Shown here in pieces: positions 36,295-46,918 of a stretch of 64,000 nt of DNA; position 1 is the first letter of the stretch; every line of letters begins with the position of its first letter. The stretch comes from a virus (taxonomy: Duplodnaviria; Caudoviricetes). A model generated the notes under the pieces. The model was given only the letters and a program-made list of their open reading frames with translations. It had not been told where the DNA came from and searched no databases. The stretch spans positions 9,951 through 73,950 of the IMG/VR virus record IMGVR_UViG_3300048855_000167. One strand, 5' to 3'. The translations under genes were made by a program, and so were the position numbers.

Positions 36295-39200
36295 TGTACG
36301 AGCACGAAAGCGGCCTGCCGTTCGCGTATGATCGCGCCGCCGGCAAACCGGAGCAGCAGGGGGTTGTCTTCTATGGTGAGCGTCATTTCATCCAAGGCGC
36401 CGATCTGAACGATGCGCAGCGGATCATCCGAGGTCGGCATGACCGGCTCGGCCGCCTGGTCGCCCGCGAAGGCGACCGCATCGAGCGCGCTGACGCCATC
36501 ATCGACCTCGAATCCGGTGCAGTCACGCTTGCTTCAGGCAGCATCTACGTTTCCGGCGACGTGTTCCCGGTTGCTGAGGCTGTGCTGGAAGACGTGCCGA
36601 TGTCCGGCCGCGTCGAGATCGGCGTTCGCCTCGTTCGCACCTATCTGACGCACGAGGACGACCCCTCCCTTCTCGGACTCGTCCCCGGTTCTCTAGCCGA
36701 AGGCGAGCCTGGGGCCGCTCGTGAGACCGCGAGCATTTCCTGGGCGCTTGAAGGGGATGGCGGAGAAGGCGCCTTCTATTCCGTCTACACTCTCTTGGAC
36801 GGCACCATCCTCGACCAGACCGGCCCGTCCATTCTGGAACCGGCGCTGCAGGCGTTGGCCGCCTACGATCGGCCGAACGGCAACTATATCGTCTCGGGCT
36901 GCCGCGTGACGGCGATCAGCGTCAACGCTGGCAACCAGCTTTTCTCGATCGAGCAAGGCGAGGCCAATATCAACGGTTACAAGCGCACTCGCCTCGCGGC
37001 TCTGAGGCATGCCCAGCCTGTGGTTTGGGAAGAAGTCGCGATTCCCGGCGAGACCCACACCTATGCCGGGGGGGAGGAGTTTACCTTCGCGGTCGACCTG
37101 GCGCCGATCGGCGTGATCAACGGCATCCTACTGACCAAGGAAAAGACTGTCACCCTAACCCGCGGCGCGATCGCCAACGGCTCCGACGGTCTGCCAGACA
37201 GCAGCGTTATCTCGGTCTCGGCGGTTGTTCAGGGCGGAACCACTTTCGTCGCGGGGACTAGCTACAACCTCGTAGCCAACGCAATCGATTGGGCGCCGGC
37301 AGGCCCCGAACCGGCCGCTGGAACGACCTATAACGTGACCTATCGTTATCGGGCTGCTGTGGTCGCGACGTCCAACACCGACACGCACATCACTGTCTCG
37401 GGCGGCGCAGCGAATAGCGATATCATCGTCTCCTATACGCAGAAGCTGCCGCGCATCGACCGCTTGTGCCTCGGGCAAGATGGTTCGCCTATCTACATCA
37501 AAGGCCTGCCGGCGCGCAGCAATCCGATGCCGCCGGGTGTGCCGAGCGATGTTCTGAAGCTCTGCCAGATCTTCAACGACTGGATGTCTCCGCCGGTAGT
37601 CACCAATGACGGCGTCCGGTCGATGACCTATGAGGATCAGTGGCGGTACTTCAACCGTGTCATCGATTTCGAGCGGCTGTTCCAGCTGGAGCGCCTCAAG
37701 AACAACATCGACTTCCGGGAGCCGGTCTCCAAGAAGGGGATCTTCGTCGATCCTTTCGTCGACGACAGTTATCGGGATGCCGGTGAGTTGCAGAGCGGCG
37801 CGATCGGCAATGGCATGCTGCAGTTCGCCATAACGCCGACCTTCTTCACGGCGACCCTGACCGCGCCCGTGATGCTGGATCTGATCGAGGAAGTCCTGGT
37901 CACTCAGGATCTGAAGACGGGTTGCGAAAAGATCAACCCGTATCAGAACTTCAATCCGCTGCCAGGCACCTTGCGCCTGACGCCCGGGGTCGACTTCTGG
38001 ACCGAGGATCGGACGGAATGGCTGTCGGCGCAGACTATCGAGTTCAATCGCGGTACGCGAACCGATGGCGGGCCGCTTCAGACGGTCAACAGTCAGAACC
38101 AGCTGGTTGATCATCGTGTCGAGCAGTTGGAATTCCTTCGGCAGATTCCAGTCGAGTTTACGATCAGCGGCTTTGGCGTTGGCGAGATCCTTGAAACGTT
38201 GACCTTCGACGGCATCGACATCAAGCCCGCCGGCGAACAGGTCGCCAACGCTCAAGGCGAGATCACCGGCACCTTCACCATTCCGGAGAATGTCACCGCC
38301 GGCACGAAGATCGTCTCGGCCAAAGGCGCGGGTGAAACCGAAGCCAACGCCATGTTCACCGGCCAGGGCACCATCGAGATCGACACGATGCGGCGGGTGA
38401 CCACTGTCCAGAACTGGTCCGCTCCGCAGCTCGTCCAGTGGGTGCAGGACCGGGGAAATCCGGGCTGGGATAACAACAGCACGACCGATGGTACCGGTGG
38501 CTCTTCCGATCCGCAGGCGCAGATGTTTGCGGTACCGGAAGTGCGGCAGCTCGTCGGCGTCGATTTCCACATCTGCCATGTCGGCAACCAGGCCAACCAT
38601 TTGCTTGTTGACCAGGTCTCAATCAGCAACGGCTATCCGACCAGCAATGTCGCTGCCGAGGTAGTCGTGCCGATGACCGACGCGGTCCCAGGCTGGAAGT
38701 CGGCTCGTTACAATCTGCCTCTGACGACGCCGGCTGACCGGACGCACGCCTTCGTCATCAAGACAGATGATGCTGACCATTCGGTGTCGTTCGCCAAGCT
38801 CGGCGGGTTTGACGAGACTCTGCAGAAGCACGTCACGTCGCACCCCTACGTGACTGGTCCGCGCTTCTCGTCTGTGAACGCACAGACCTGGACCGCTCAT
38901 CAGGACGAGGCGCTCACCTTCCGCGTCGTCGCTGCGAGATACCCGGTCACCACGAAAACCGTGGAGCTGGGTAGCTTCGACCTCGTGCAGGCATCCGACC
39001 TACAGGTTCGTGCAGCGGTCGAGCTTCCCGGGCCCGGCTGCTCGGTTGTCTTCGAGATCGAGCGGACCAACGGCACGATCTATCGCCTCTTGCCGTACCA
39101 GGTGCTGCAGCTCACCGAGTTCATCACCGAAACGGTGGAACTGCGGGCAATCCTGACCGGGACGGAGAAACTCTCTCCGATCCTGTTCGCCCCGGTTCAG

Positions 39201-39518
39201 CTGGTTGCCGGCGAGATCGGCACGTCGCTGACCTACATCACCCGCGCCTTCACACTCGGCGCTGCCGTCCGGCTCGCCACCTACTTCAAGGCGTTCCTCC
39301 CGGGTGGTGCGTCGGTTGCGATGGATTATCGCAAGGACGGCGGTGCCTGGACTGAGCTGCCGTTCGTCAGCGCCGAAGCCTTGGCATTCCCGCTTTGGAC
39401 GGAACGGAAGCATGAGATCACCGGCCAGACCGGAATGCTCGTGCAACTCCGCATCACCGGAACCGGAGGGCCAGCGGCTCGGCTCATCATCGGCGATCTT
39501 GGCGCCGGCATCTTCTGA
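36294..39518 (+). CDS. Large baseplate/tail protein (DUF4815-like)
   Basis: TGATG coupling; LPRIDRL, KKGIFVDPF.DD..RD motifs; 1074 aa. Confidence 0.8.
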   Translation: MYEHESGLPFAYDRAAGKPEQQGVVFYGERHFIQGADLNDAQRIIRGRHDRLGRLVAREGDRIERADAIIDLESGAVTLASGSIYVSGDVFPVAEAVLEDVPMSGRVEIGVRLVRTYLTHEDDPSLLGLVPGSLAEGEPGAARETASISWALEGDGGEGAFYSVYTLLDGTILDQTGPSILEPALQALAAYDRPNGNYIVSGCRVTAISVNAGNQLFSIEQGEANINGYKRTRLAALRHAQPVVWEEVAIPGETHTYAGGEEFTFAVDLAPIGVINGILLTKEKTVTLTRGAIANGSDGLPDSSVISVSAVVQGGTTFVAGTSYNLVANAIDWAPAGPEPAAGTTYNVTYRYRAAVVATSNTDTHITVSGGAANSDIIVSYTQKLPRIDRLCLGQDGSPIYIKGLPARSNPMPPGVPSDVLKLCQIFNDWMSPPVVTNDGVRSMTYEDQWRYFNRVIDFERLFQLERLKNNIDFREPVSKKGIFVDPFVDDSYRDAGELQSGAIGNGMLQFAITPTFFTATLTAPVMLDLIEEVLVTQDLKTGCEKINPYQNFNPLPGTLRLTPGVDFWTEDRTEWLSAQTIEFNRGTRTDGGPLQTVNSQNQLVDHRVEQLEFLRQIPVEFTISGFGVGEILETLTFDGIDIKPAGEQVANAQGEITGTFTIPENVTAGTKIVSAKGAGETEANAMFTGQGTIEIDTMRRVTTVQNWSAPQLVQWVQDRGNPGWDNNSTTDGTGGSSDPQAQMFAVPEVRQLVGVDFHICHVGNQANHLLVDQVSISNGYPTSNVAAEVVVPMTDAVPGWKSARYNLPLTTPADRTHAFVIKTDDADHSVSFAKLGGFDETLQKHVTSHPYVTGPRFSSVNAQTWTAHQDEALTFRVVAARYPVTTKTVELGSFDLVQASDLQVRAAVELPGPGCSVVFEIERTNGTIYRLLPYQVLQLTEFITETVELRAILTGTEKLSPILFAPVQLVAGEIGTSLTYITRAFTLGAAVRLATYFKAFLPGGASVAMDYRKDGGAWTELPFVSAEALAFPLWTERKHEITGQTGMLVQLRITGTGGPAARLIIGDLGAGIF

Positions 39519-39526
39519 GGATCGAA

Positions 39527-40831
39527 ATGGCAGTCACCGAACACTACGAGATCCCGCTTCCGGACCCGGCTGCGGAGGTCGACGATGAATTCTATCGCCT
39601 GCAGCAGGCTTGGACTCTCGTCGACTCGGTCCTCTGGCTGCTGGCGCAAGCCATTGCCGAGAAGGCAAACGTCAACCACACGCAGGCGATGTCGACGGTT
39701 GTCGGCTTGGTCGAAGAGTTGGCCGGTAAGATGCCGGCCAACAGGACTTTCTCCCTCGATGATCTGACGGATGTGAACGGAGCTGCCGGCGCGGCGAACA
39801 ATTACGTCCTGGTCAAGAACGCCAGTGGGCAATGGGTGCCATCTTCCGCCATTGCCGCGCTGGGACCGCACCAGCATGGGGCCGGCGACATCGTCGGTCT
39901 AGCGGCTGCAATCAACGCAGCTGTCGCGGCTGTCGTTGGCGCTGCGCCTACCACCCTCGACACGCTGAATGAGCTGGCGGCCGCCCTTGGTAATGACCCC
40001 AACTTCGCCGCGACGATCATGGCTCTGCTGGGGCAGAAGGCGGCAGCGGCAGACGTTTACACCAAGGCACAAGTCGATGCGGCTATCGGTGCCATCCAGG
40101 GCGTGCCCTCGGGCTTCATCATTGCGGGGGCGACGCCTACGGCTCCGGCTGGTTGGTTGAAGTGTAACGGACCGGCGATCAGCAGGACGACATATGCCGG
40201 CCTGTTCCACGAACTGGTCACGAAACCCGGCTACACTCCGCAAGCTTTCACTGTCTCGATTGGCTCGCCGGGTCTTTTCTCGAAGGCCGCTCACGGCTTT
40301 CTTGGCGGTGAGCGCCTTCGTTTAAGCACAAACGGCGCGTTGCCAACGGGGTTGAATACAACCACCGACTACTTCGTCATCTTTGTCAGCGTTGACACAT
40401 TCTATTTGTCGACCTCTGACATTGCGCCTGTTCCTATCAACACTTCAGGAACGCAGTCAGGGACACACACTTACCTGATGAGTTTGTGGGGGCTGGGTGA
40501 CGGAGTCACGACCTTTAACGCTCCCGATCTTCGCGGTGCGTTCCTTCGCGGGATGGAGGGATTTGGTCGCGGCCTTGACGTTGGAAGATCCGTGGGTTCG
40601 TTCCAGCGAGATGCAATGCAGCCGATTACCGGCAGTGCCGGTGGCACGCTTCCTGGCGCAGCCAACGGGGCGTTCTTCTACTTCGGCGCGGCCACGGACT
40701 CATGGAGCCGAGGCGGCGGCAGCGGCACGGCCACCGCGTCACGCGTGGACTTTGACAGCTCCAGGCAAGTGAGGACGGCGGCTGAAACTCGCCCGGTCAA
40801 CGTCTCCTTGCATTATTTCATCAAGATTTGA
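39527..40831 (+). CDS. Tail fibre protein with collar domain
   Basis: APTTLDTLNELAAALGNDPNFA; PSG...APAGWLKCNG.AISRTTYA.LF; GDGVTTFNAPDLRGAFLRG. Confidence 0.9.
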   Translation: MAVTEHYEIPLPDPAAEVDDEFYRLQQAWTLVDSVLWLLAQAIAEKANVNHTQAMSTVVGLVEELAGKMPANRTFSLDDLTDVNGAAGAANNYVLVKNASGQWVPSSAIAALGPHQHGAGDIVGLAAAINAAVAAVVGAAPTTLDTLNELAAALGNDPNFAATIMALLGQKAAAADVYTKAQVDAAIGAIQGVPSGFIIAGATPTAPAGWLKCNGPAISRTTYAGLFHELVTKPGYTPQAFTVSIGSPGLFSKAAHGFLGGERLRLSTNGALPTGLNTTTDYFVIFVSVDTFYLSTSDIAPVPINTSGTQSGTHTYLMSLWGLGDGVTTFNAPDLRGAFLRGMEGFGRGLDVGRSVGSFQRDAMQPITGSAGGTLPGAANGAFFYFGAATDSWSRGGGSGTATASRVDFDSSRQVRTAAETRPVNVSLHYFIKI

Positions 40832-40841
40832 GGCGGCTGCG

Positions 40842-41471
40842 ATGGAAATCTACCACTACCACCCGGTGACCGGCTCACTGCTGGGAAGAGGGCCGGCTGA
40901 TCCTGACCCTCTAGATAACCCCCATGGCGATCCTGCCTTGCCGTTTCTCATCCCGGCGTATGCGACAACAGTTGCGCCGCCGGAACCCGTCGCGGGCACA
41001 GACAGGGCGTTTCGGGACGGGGCGTGGGCCTATGTCGACATCGAGCCACCGGAAGAAGAGCCGGAGCGAGAGGTGCTTCCGCCTTCCTCGGGAGACGTAG
41101 ATGCTGAACGGGATCGACGCATCGACGCGGGCTTCACCTTCCAGGGCGTTCTGTATCAGGCGGACAGCGAGGCAAGGGAAAACATCATGGGCGCGCACAA
41201 GGCCGCTTCTGATGCGATGACGCTATTCGGCGCGCAGGAGGGCGATCTCGCTTGGCAGCAGCTCATCGACCCCAATGCCCCGGCCGAGTTCAAATGGATT
41301 GCGGCAGATAATTCGCGGATTCCCATGGATGCGCCCACTGTCCTTCGCTTCGGCTATGCCGCCTTGGGCCACAAGTCGCGGCACATCTTCGCCGCGAGCG
41401 ACCTGAAGAGCATGGACCCGATCCCGTCAGACTTCGCCACCAACCCGACTTACTGGCCGGCGAGCGACTGA
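40842..41471 (+). CDS. Tail fibre assembly protein (DUF4376-like C-half)
   Basis: IYHYHPVTG...FLIPAYATTVAPP; VDAERDRRIDAGFTF; WIAADN. Confidence 0.8.
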   Translation: MEIYHYHPVTGSLLGRGPADPDPLDNPHGDPALPFLIPAYATTVAPPEPVAGTDRAFRDGAWAYVDIEPPEEEPEREVLPPSSGDVDAERDRRIDAGFTFQGVLYQADSEARENIMGAHKAASDAMTLFGAQEGDLAWQQLIDPNAPAEFKWIAADNSRIPMDAPTVLRFGYAALGHKSRHIFAASDLKSMDPIPSDFATNPTYWPASD

Positions 41472-41500
41472 CCGCCTGAAAATCTCACTGACCTTTCTCA

Positions 41501-41523
41501 AGGGGCGCTCCGGCGCCCCTTTT
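41501..41523 (+). terminator. Intrinsic terminator
   Basis: AGGGGCGC-TCCG-GCGCCCCT-TTT. Confidence 0.65.
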
Positions 41524-41564
41524 CAATTCGCGGGCGCTGATCGCTATCAAAGGAGACAATTGCA

Positions 41565-43037
41565 ATGGCCGACATCTATCTACACGGCGTGGAAACCGCT
41601 GAGAATACCAATGGGCCGCGCCCGGTCATGACCATCGACACCGGTGTCATCGGCCTCGTCGGTACCGCACCGGATGCCAGCGACCAGCTCTGGCCGTTGG
41701 ACACCGTCGTGCCGATCTACGGCTCCAACGGCGCGGTGCAGGGACTCGGCGCAGACGGCACCCTCAAGGACGCTATCGAAGGAATCTTCGACCAAGCGGG
41801 CCGCGTGTCGCAGACAATCTTGGTTGTGCGCGTCGAGCAGGGCGATAACATCCTCGAGACGATGGCTAACGTCCTCGGCAACTCGACGCAGTTCACCGGA
41901 ATGCACGCACTGCGGAAGGCGCCTGGCGAACACGGTTTGAAGCCGAAGCTGCTCATCGCGCCGGGCTTCACCTCGGTCCGTCCGACCGACGGCATCAAGA
42001 CCATCGCCAAGGCGACCCCGGGCGCAGGCTATACCTCGGCTCCCACGGTTACCATCACGGGTGGCGGCGGGGGTGGCGCCACGGCGGTCGCCACCATCAA
42101 CAGCGAAACGGGCGAGCTCGACCAGATCGTCATCACCAACCCGGGCTTTGGCTACACCTCGGCTCCAACGGTCACGCTGACCGGCGGTGGCGCAACCACG
42201 CAGGCCACGGCAACGGCAAGCGTCGGCACGGTGGCGAACCCGGTCACGATGGAACTGCTCACCCTCGCGAACCGGTTCCGCGCTGGCGTGATCAAGGACT
42301 CCCTGGCGACCACCACGTCTGCCGCGATCTCCGATCGGCTGGATTACGATACCGATCGCCTGCTGATCATCGAGCCGATGGCGAAGATCTTCAAGGATGC
42401 GGTCGTGGTGCAGGAGCCGCCGTCGGCTCGTGTCGCCGGCCTGCAGGCGCGGGTGGACTACAGCGAGGGCTTTTGGGTCTCGCCGTCGAACCACGTCATC
42501 GAAGGCATTGTCGGCGTGTCCCGCCCGATCGAGCACTCGATCACGGACCCGTCCGCCGAGTCGCAGCTCCTCAACAAGAACGCGGTCGCTTGCATCGTTC
42601 GGTCCCCCAACGGCGGCTTCAAGCTGTGGGGCTCGCGGGTGCCGTCCTCGGAATCTCTAAAGGCGTTCTGGTCGGTCCGGCGTGCCCACGACACGATCAT
42701 CGACTCGATCGAGCGTGCGGCCGAGCCGTTCATCGACAAGCCGTTCAGCGTGCAGGTGCTCGTTGACATCGCTGAGACCGTGAACAGCGCGCTCCGCCGG
42801 TGGAAGGCGATGGGGGCAACCCTGGGCGGCCGCGTCTGGCTCGATACCAAGCTCAATACCAAGGAGACTTGGGCGAGCGGTCAGCTCTTCATTAGCTACG
42901 ACGGTGAAGCGCCGGCTCCGATCGAGCACATCACGTTCATCTTCAACCGGAACACCGGCTACTACGAGGAGCTCGGCTCCAGTGCCGTCCGCGAGATCGC
43001 CCGCATGGCTGGCACGGCTATCCCTGCCAACGCCTGA
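41565..43037 (+). CDS. Contractile tail sheath protein
   Basis: YLHGVET, VIGLVGTAPDA, PKLLIAPG, FWVSPSN, LWGSR, VRRAHD. Confidence 0.95.
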   Translation: MADIYLHGVETAENTNGPRPVMTIDTGVIGLVGTAPDASDQLWPLDTVVPIYGSNGAVQGLGADGTLKDAIEGIFDQAGRVSQTILVVRVEQGDNILETMANVLGNSTQFTGMHALRKAPGEHGLKPKLLIAPGFTSVRPTDGIKTIAKATPGAGYTSAPTVTITGGGGGGATAVATINSETGELDQIVITNPGFGYTSAPTVTLTGGGATTQATATASVGTVANPVTMELLTLANRFRAGVIKDSLATTTSAAISDRLDYDTDRLLIIEPMAKIFKDAVVVQEPPSARVAGLQARVDYSEGFWVSPSNHVIEGIVGVSRPIEHSITDPSAESQLLNKNAVACIVRSPNGGFKLWGSRVPSSESLKAFWSVRRAHDTIIDSIERAAEPFIDKPFSVQVLVDIAETVNSALRRWKAMGATLGGRVWLDTKLNTKETWASGQLFISYDGEAPAPIEHITFIFNRNTGYYEELGSSAVREIARMAGTAIPANA

Positions 43038-43067
43038 TCACAACCGCACGCATAAGGAGATCAAACC

Positions 43068-43577
43068 ATGCGGCATATTCTGCAGGGCTTCACCATGTTC
43101 ATGGATGGGCTCGACTTCGGCATCGACACGGAGGAAGTGGAGCTCCCGCTGCCGACTCCGGTCACCCAGGAGTACCGGGGAGGCGGCCAGGACTTAGGGA
43201 TCACTCTTCCCATGTCTGCGATCGAGGCCATCCAAATCACAGTCAAGATGGCGGGCCACAACCCGGACATCATGGCTGTCATGGCGCAGGCTCCGGGCGT
43301 CACCCGTCGCGTCACCTTCCGCGGCGGTGTGATGCGGGAGCAGGACGGCGGGATCGCAGCTCATGTCTGCATCGTCGAAGGCGCCATCAATGGCAGCTCT
43401 CGCGACCGCTGGCAGCGCGGTGAGAAGTCCGGCGTCGAGTTCGTCATGAACGGCGTCAAGTATTTCCGCTACGAGGCCGACACCCGCATCATCCATGAGC
43501 TTCAGGTCTGGCCTCCGGTCCGGATGATCAATGGCGTCAACCAGCTCGCAGCTCTCAACCAGGCGCTCGGCTATTAA
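43068..43577 (+). CDS. Major tail tube protein (P2 gpFII-like)
   Basis: EVELPLP...YRGGG, MINGVNQL; follows the sheath. Confidence 0.9.
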   Translation: MRHILQGFTMFMDGLDFGIDTEEVELPLPTPVTQEYRGGGQDLGITLPMSAIEAIQITVKMAGHNPDIMAVMAQAPGVTRRVTFRGGVMREQDGGIAAHVCIVEGAINGSSRDRWQRGEKSGVEFVMNGVKYFRYEADTRIIHELQVWPPVRMINGVNQLAALNQALGY

Positions 43578-43606
43578 GCCGAGCCCCCAACCCAAAGGAG
43601 AGTGAC

Positions 43607-44074
43607 GTGGTGGATCAGGTCACAAAGGCAATGTCGCAACAGGAAATGGATCGCGTCCTGGAGCGCAAGGCAAAAGAGGTGGAGGTGGGTGCTGTTGCCA
43701 GCATGGCGCCTCCGGAATTCGTCGAGGGCGCGGTGAGGCACATCAGCGTGCCCCTCGATTACCCGGTCGTCTTCAACGGCGAAACCATCGACAAGGTCGT
43801 CATCCGGCGGCCGACCATGAGGGAATGGCGCGCATACCTTCGGGAATGTGTCGACGCGGTGAGAGAGAGGGGGCCGGGCGCTGACGACCTTGTCGATCAG
43901 GTCTGGCTCAGTGTCCCCGCCGTCGTCCTCGAGAGCCTAGATTTCGTCGATGGTTCGCGCGTGGAGAGCGCGCAAGAGGGTTTTTTCGAACGTGCAAAGT
44001 CGCCTCCAGAGACGGGGGCGGCGGATTCGTCGTCCAGCACATCCGACACTGGAGAACCTTCGCCTTCGTCGTGA
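43607..44074 (+). CDS. Tail assembly chaperone (gpE-like)
   Basis: LDYPV..NGETIDKVVIRRPT; lies between tube and tape measure. Confidence 0.85.
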   Translation: MVDQVTKAMSQQEMDRVLERKAKEVEVGAVASMAPPEFVEGAVRHISVPLDYPVVFNGETIDKVVIRRPTMREWRAYLRECVDAVRERGPGADDLVDQVWLSVPAVVLESLDFVDGSRVESAQEGFFERAKSPPETGAADSSSSTSDTGEPSPSS

Positions 44075-44172
44075 TGAGGGAGAGCCAGGGCGGCGTGAGC
44101 ATGGAAACCATTTTGGACGGCACTTTCCCGGATCTCGTCGATCTGTGGGAGGAGGCCGTCTACATTCGATAG
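43607..44172 (+). CDS. Predicted -1 frameshift chaperone product (gpE+E'-like)
   Basis: Slippery G GGT TTT at 43978-43984; -1 frame open for 64 codons to TAG at 44170-44172. Confidence 0.75.
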
Positions 44173-44179
44173 GTGAACA

Positions 44180-46918
44180 ATGGTCAGCCGCACCGCTACC
44201 CTCAGACTCCAGCTCATTGACTCGGTAAGCGGCCCCTCAAAGAACGCTGCCGGCGCGATAGGCAGCATCAACTCGGCGCTCGCCAAGCTCGGCAAGGGTG
44301 GATCGCCGGAGATCCGGCGGCTCGCCAAGCAGCTCGAGTACCTTCAGAAGAAGGCGGGTTCTATCGAGGATTTCACGGCAAACCGCCGTGGCTTCAAGGA
44401 TCTTGCCACGCAAATGAAGGCGGCGCAGAGCAACGTCTCGCGCCTCGAGGCCGCGCTTAAGTCCGCATCCAAGCCCACGGCGAAGATGAAGGCGGATCTC
44501 GAGTCGGCCAAGGTTTCGCTTCGATCGACGACGCAGGCTTTCAGGGACCAGGGCAACGCCGTCCGCCAGTCGGAACGCGCGCTGCAGGCCTATGGTGTCG
44601 CCGGCCGGCGTGGGATCTCCAGTTCGCAGCAGGCGATCCGCAACGAGATCGCCAAAACGATCCGTGAAATGCGCCGCCTCGACCAGGAGGCCCGCAAGCC
44701 GAAGCCCCTGACGCCTCGGCCGCCACCCAGCCAGCGTCCGCCGGGTGGAGGGTCTCCAGCCTATGACGCCGTTACGGCGGTGGGCGGCGGCGTGGTCGCC
44801 AACACGGGCAAGAATATCGCTCAGAAGTCATTCTTCTTGGGTGTCGATTTCAATCAGGCCGCCGAATACCAAGCTGCGTTGGGTGACTTCAAAGGCGATG
44901 ATCGGACCTCGCTCAACCGCCAAGCCGAGAAGATCGGTGGCGACACCCGCTTCTCAAACGTGGACGTCGTCAGGGCGCAGACCACGATCCTTCAGCGCGG
45001 TATCCGCGACGTGAAGCAGATCATGGATTTGACGCAGAAGGTCACCGACTACTCGCTCGCCATGGGCGTCACGCTCGAGGAAGGCGCTGAGGCGGTCACC
45101 GGCTCGGCACTGTCGAAGCGCATCGACCTCAAGGACACCAAGGCCATCGGCAACTTCGTCGACTTCATGGTCTGGATGGCGAAAAACGGGGGCATGTCCA
45201 ACGAAGACGTCAGCCAGTTCGTCAAGTACGGAGGTGCATCCACGACGGGCGCCAAGCTGTCCGACGAGACTATGGCCGCCATGGGCATGATTCTGCGCCG
45301 CTCCGGCGTGCGAGGGGACGAGGCTGGTGTGTTCGCGCGCTCTGCGGCGTCGAAGCTCGTAGCGCCCACGCAGAAGGGCAAGGACGCCCTGGCAGCAATG
45401 GGGATCGACTTCAGCAAGTTCACGGAGATCGACTCCATGAATGAGGCCGGCATCGGCATCATGATGAAGCAGAAGTTCGGGGCCAATCTAACCGACGACA
45501 TGAAGGCGAAGGTGAGGGACCTCATCCAGAACGGTGAGTTTACGGACCAGGAAACCGGTGAGAGCCGATCGGTCATCTCCGATACCGGCGAGTTCACTTC
45601 GCAGATGAGCCAGATCCTGGCCCCGCTGTTCGCCGGCAAGAATGGGAAGATGTCTGTTCAAGACGCGAAGGCTCTTTCTAAGGCCCTTGCTGACTATCAG
45701 AAATATTCCATCGACAGCGTCGACACGATGGGGCTGCTCAACGCGATCGCCGGCGCCAATCCGGGTATCGGCAACCTCAATGCTTTCTTCACGGACAAGC
45801 AGGGCGGCCGCGCCAACACGATCTTCTCGCAGTGGGCGGAGTTCCAAAGACTGCTCGGGATGATGCAGAACGTGCCGGGTGGCGTCGCCAACAAGATCGG
45901 TACCGAAGCGAACCAGGGCATTTACGGTGATTGGACGAAGCTAACCGGTACCATCGAAACGGCCATGACTCGTATCGGTCAGGATTGGGAGTTCGCGACC
46001 AGGCCGATGATCAACAAGGCGAACGAGATTGTCGATGGCTTTATTGGCCTGTCGGACAACACTCGACGCCTCATTGAAGCTTTCGGCGCGGCGACGGCGG
46101 TCCTTGCGGGCTATGCTGCCGTCCAGGGTGCCAAGGGGCTGCTGGGCCGGATATTCGGTGGCGGTGGCGGAGTCGCGGCCGCTGGAGGCGCAGCCGCCGT
46201 TGGTGGTGGGGTGCTATCGAAGGTTTCCAAGGCCGCCCGCTTCCTGGGGCCGGTGGGGGGCGCGATCACCGCATATCAAGTGGGGAGCACGCTCGGCGAA
46301 GGCCTCAATGAGGTAGGCTCCCTTGCGGCCGGCAAACACTGGATGCCCAAGTCGCAGGAGGATGCTGACGACCTTCGCGCCTTGGCGGAGGAGAAGCGGC
46401 AGAAGATCGCGCAGATCCGGAACAACTCGAAAATACCGGAGATGGCGGCGTCTCTGATTCAGCCGCTTCAGGCGGATCTAGACACGCTGGAGGCCCGCAT
46501 CCGGGCCTTCGACCAGATCAACGTGAAGCCGACCGTGGACACCGGCAGCATCGACGCCGCGCAGTCCAAGGCTGACCAACTGAGGGCTACTCTTGGCGGG
46601 CTCGGAGCAAAGACCGCGCCTGCCGGAGATCCACCCACGCCGATCACTGGCGCTCGTGCAAAGGGCGGCCCCGTTAAGGCGGGGCACAACTACCTCACGG
46701 GCGAGAAGGGAGTCGAGGTGTTCACGCCGGGAGCCAACGGCTTCATCACGCCGAACGACAAGCTGGGCGGTGGTGGTGGCTCGGTCTCAGTGCACCAGGT
46801 CAACCACTTCCACGGCGGTCGCGGCAAGGATGACGGCGAGCTTGTTCGCACTCTCGATCGCCAACTCAACCGCGCCGCTCAGACAGCGTTCTCGAGCATC
46901 AGATACGGAGACAGTTAA
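44180..46918 (+). CDS. Tail tape measure protein
   Basis: 912 aa, Ala/Gly helical; AEKIGGDTRFS, FVKYGG, GDEAG. Confidence 0.92.
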   Translation: MVSRTATLRLQLIDSVSGPSKNAAGAIGSINSALAKLGKGGSPEIRRLAKQLEYLQKKAGSIEDFTANRRGFKDLATQMKAAQSNVSRLEAALKSASKPTAKMKADLESAKVSLRSTTQAFRDQGNAVRQSERALQAYGVAGRRGISSSQQAIRNEIAKTIREMRRLDQEARKPKPLTPRPPPSQRPPGGGSPAYDAVTAVGGGVVANTGKNIAQKSFFLGVDFNQAAEYQAALGDFKGDDRTSLNRQAEKIGGDTRFSNVDVVRAQTTILQRGIRDVKQIMDLTQKVTDYSLAMGVTLEEGAEAVTGSALSKRIDLKDTKAIGNFVDFMVWMAKNGGMSNEDVSQFVKYGGASTTGAKLSDETMAAMGMILRRSGVRGDEAGVFARSAASKLVAPTQKGKDALAAMGIDFSKFTEIDSMNEAGIGIMMKQKFGANLTDDMKAKVRDLIQNGEFTDQETGESRSVISDTGEFTSQMSQILAPLFAGKNGKMSVQDAKALSKALADYQKYSIDSVDTMGLLNAIAGANPGIGNLNAFFTDKQGGRANTIFSQWAEFQRLLGMMQNVPGGVANKIGTEANQGIYGDWTKLTGTIETAMTRIGQDWEFATRPMINKANEIVDGFIGLSDNTRRLIEAFGAATAVLAGYAAVQGAKGLLGRIFGGGGGVAAAGGAAAVGGGVLSKVSKAARFLGPVGGAITAYQVGSTLGEGLNEVGSLAAGKHWMPKSQEDADDLRALAEEKRQKIAQIRNNSKIPEMAASLIQPLQADLDTLEARIRAFDQINVKPTVDTGSIDAAQSKADQLRATLGGLGAKTAPAGDPPTPITGARAKGGPVKAGHNYLTGEKGVEVFTPGANGFITPNDKLGGGGGSVSVHQVNHFHGGRGKDDGELVRTLDRQLNRAAQTAFSSIRYGDS

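Noticed and set aside
39527-41471. Possible tail-fibre diversification (invertase or DGR)
   Set aside because: No recombinase, reverse transcriptase, inverted cassette or template repeat seen
29539-43600. C/A-rich leaders with CCGCAAC or CCCCAAC before late-gene SDs (29539, 31588, about 43045, about 43585)
   Set aside because: They lack the second hairpin arm; consistent with generic unstructured leaders, so not counted as motif copies
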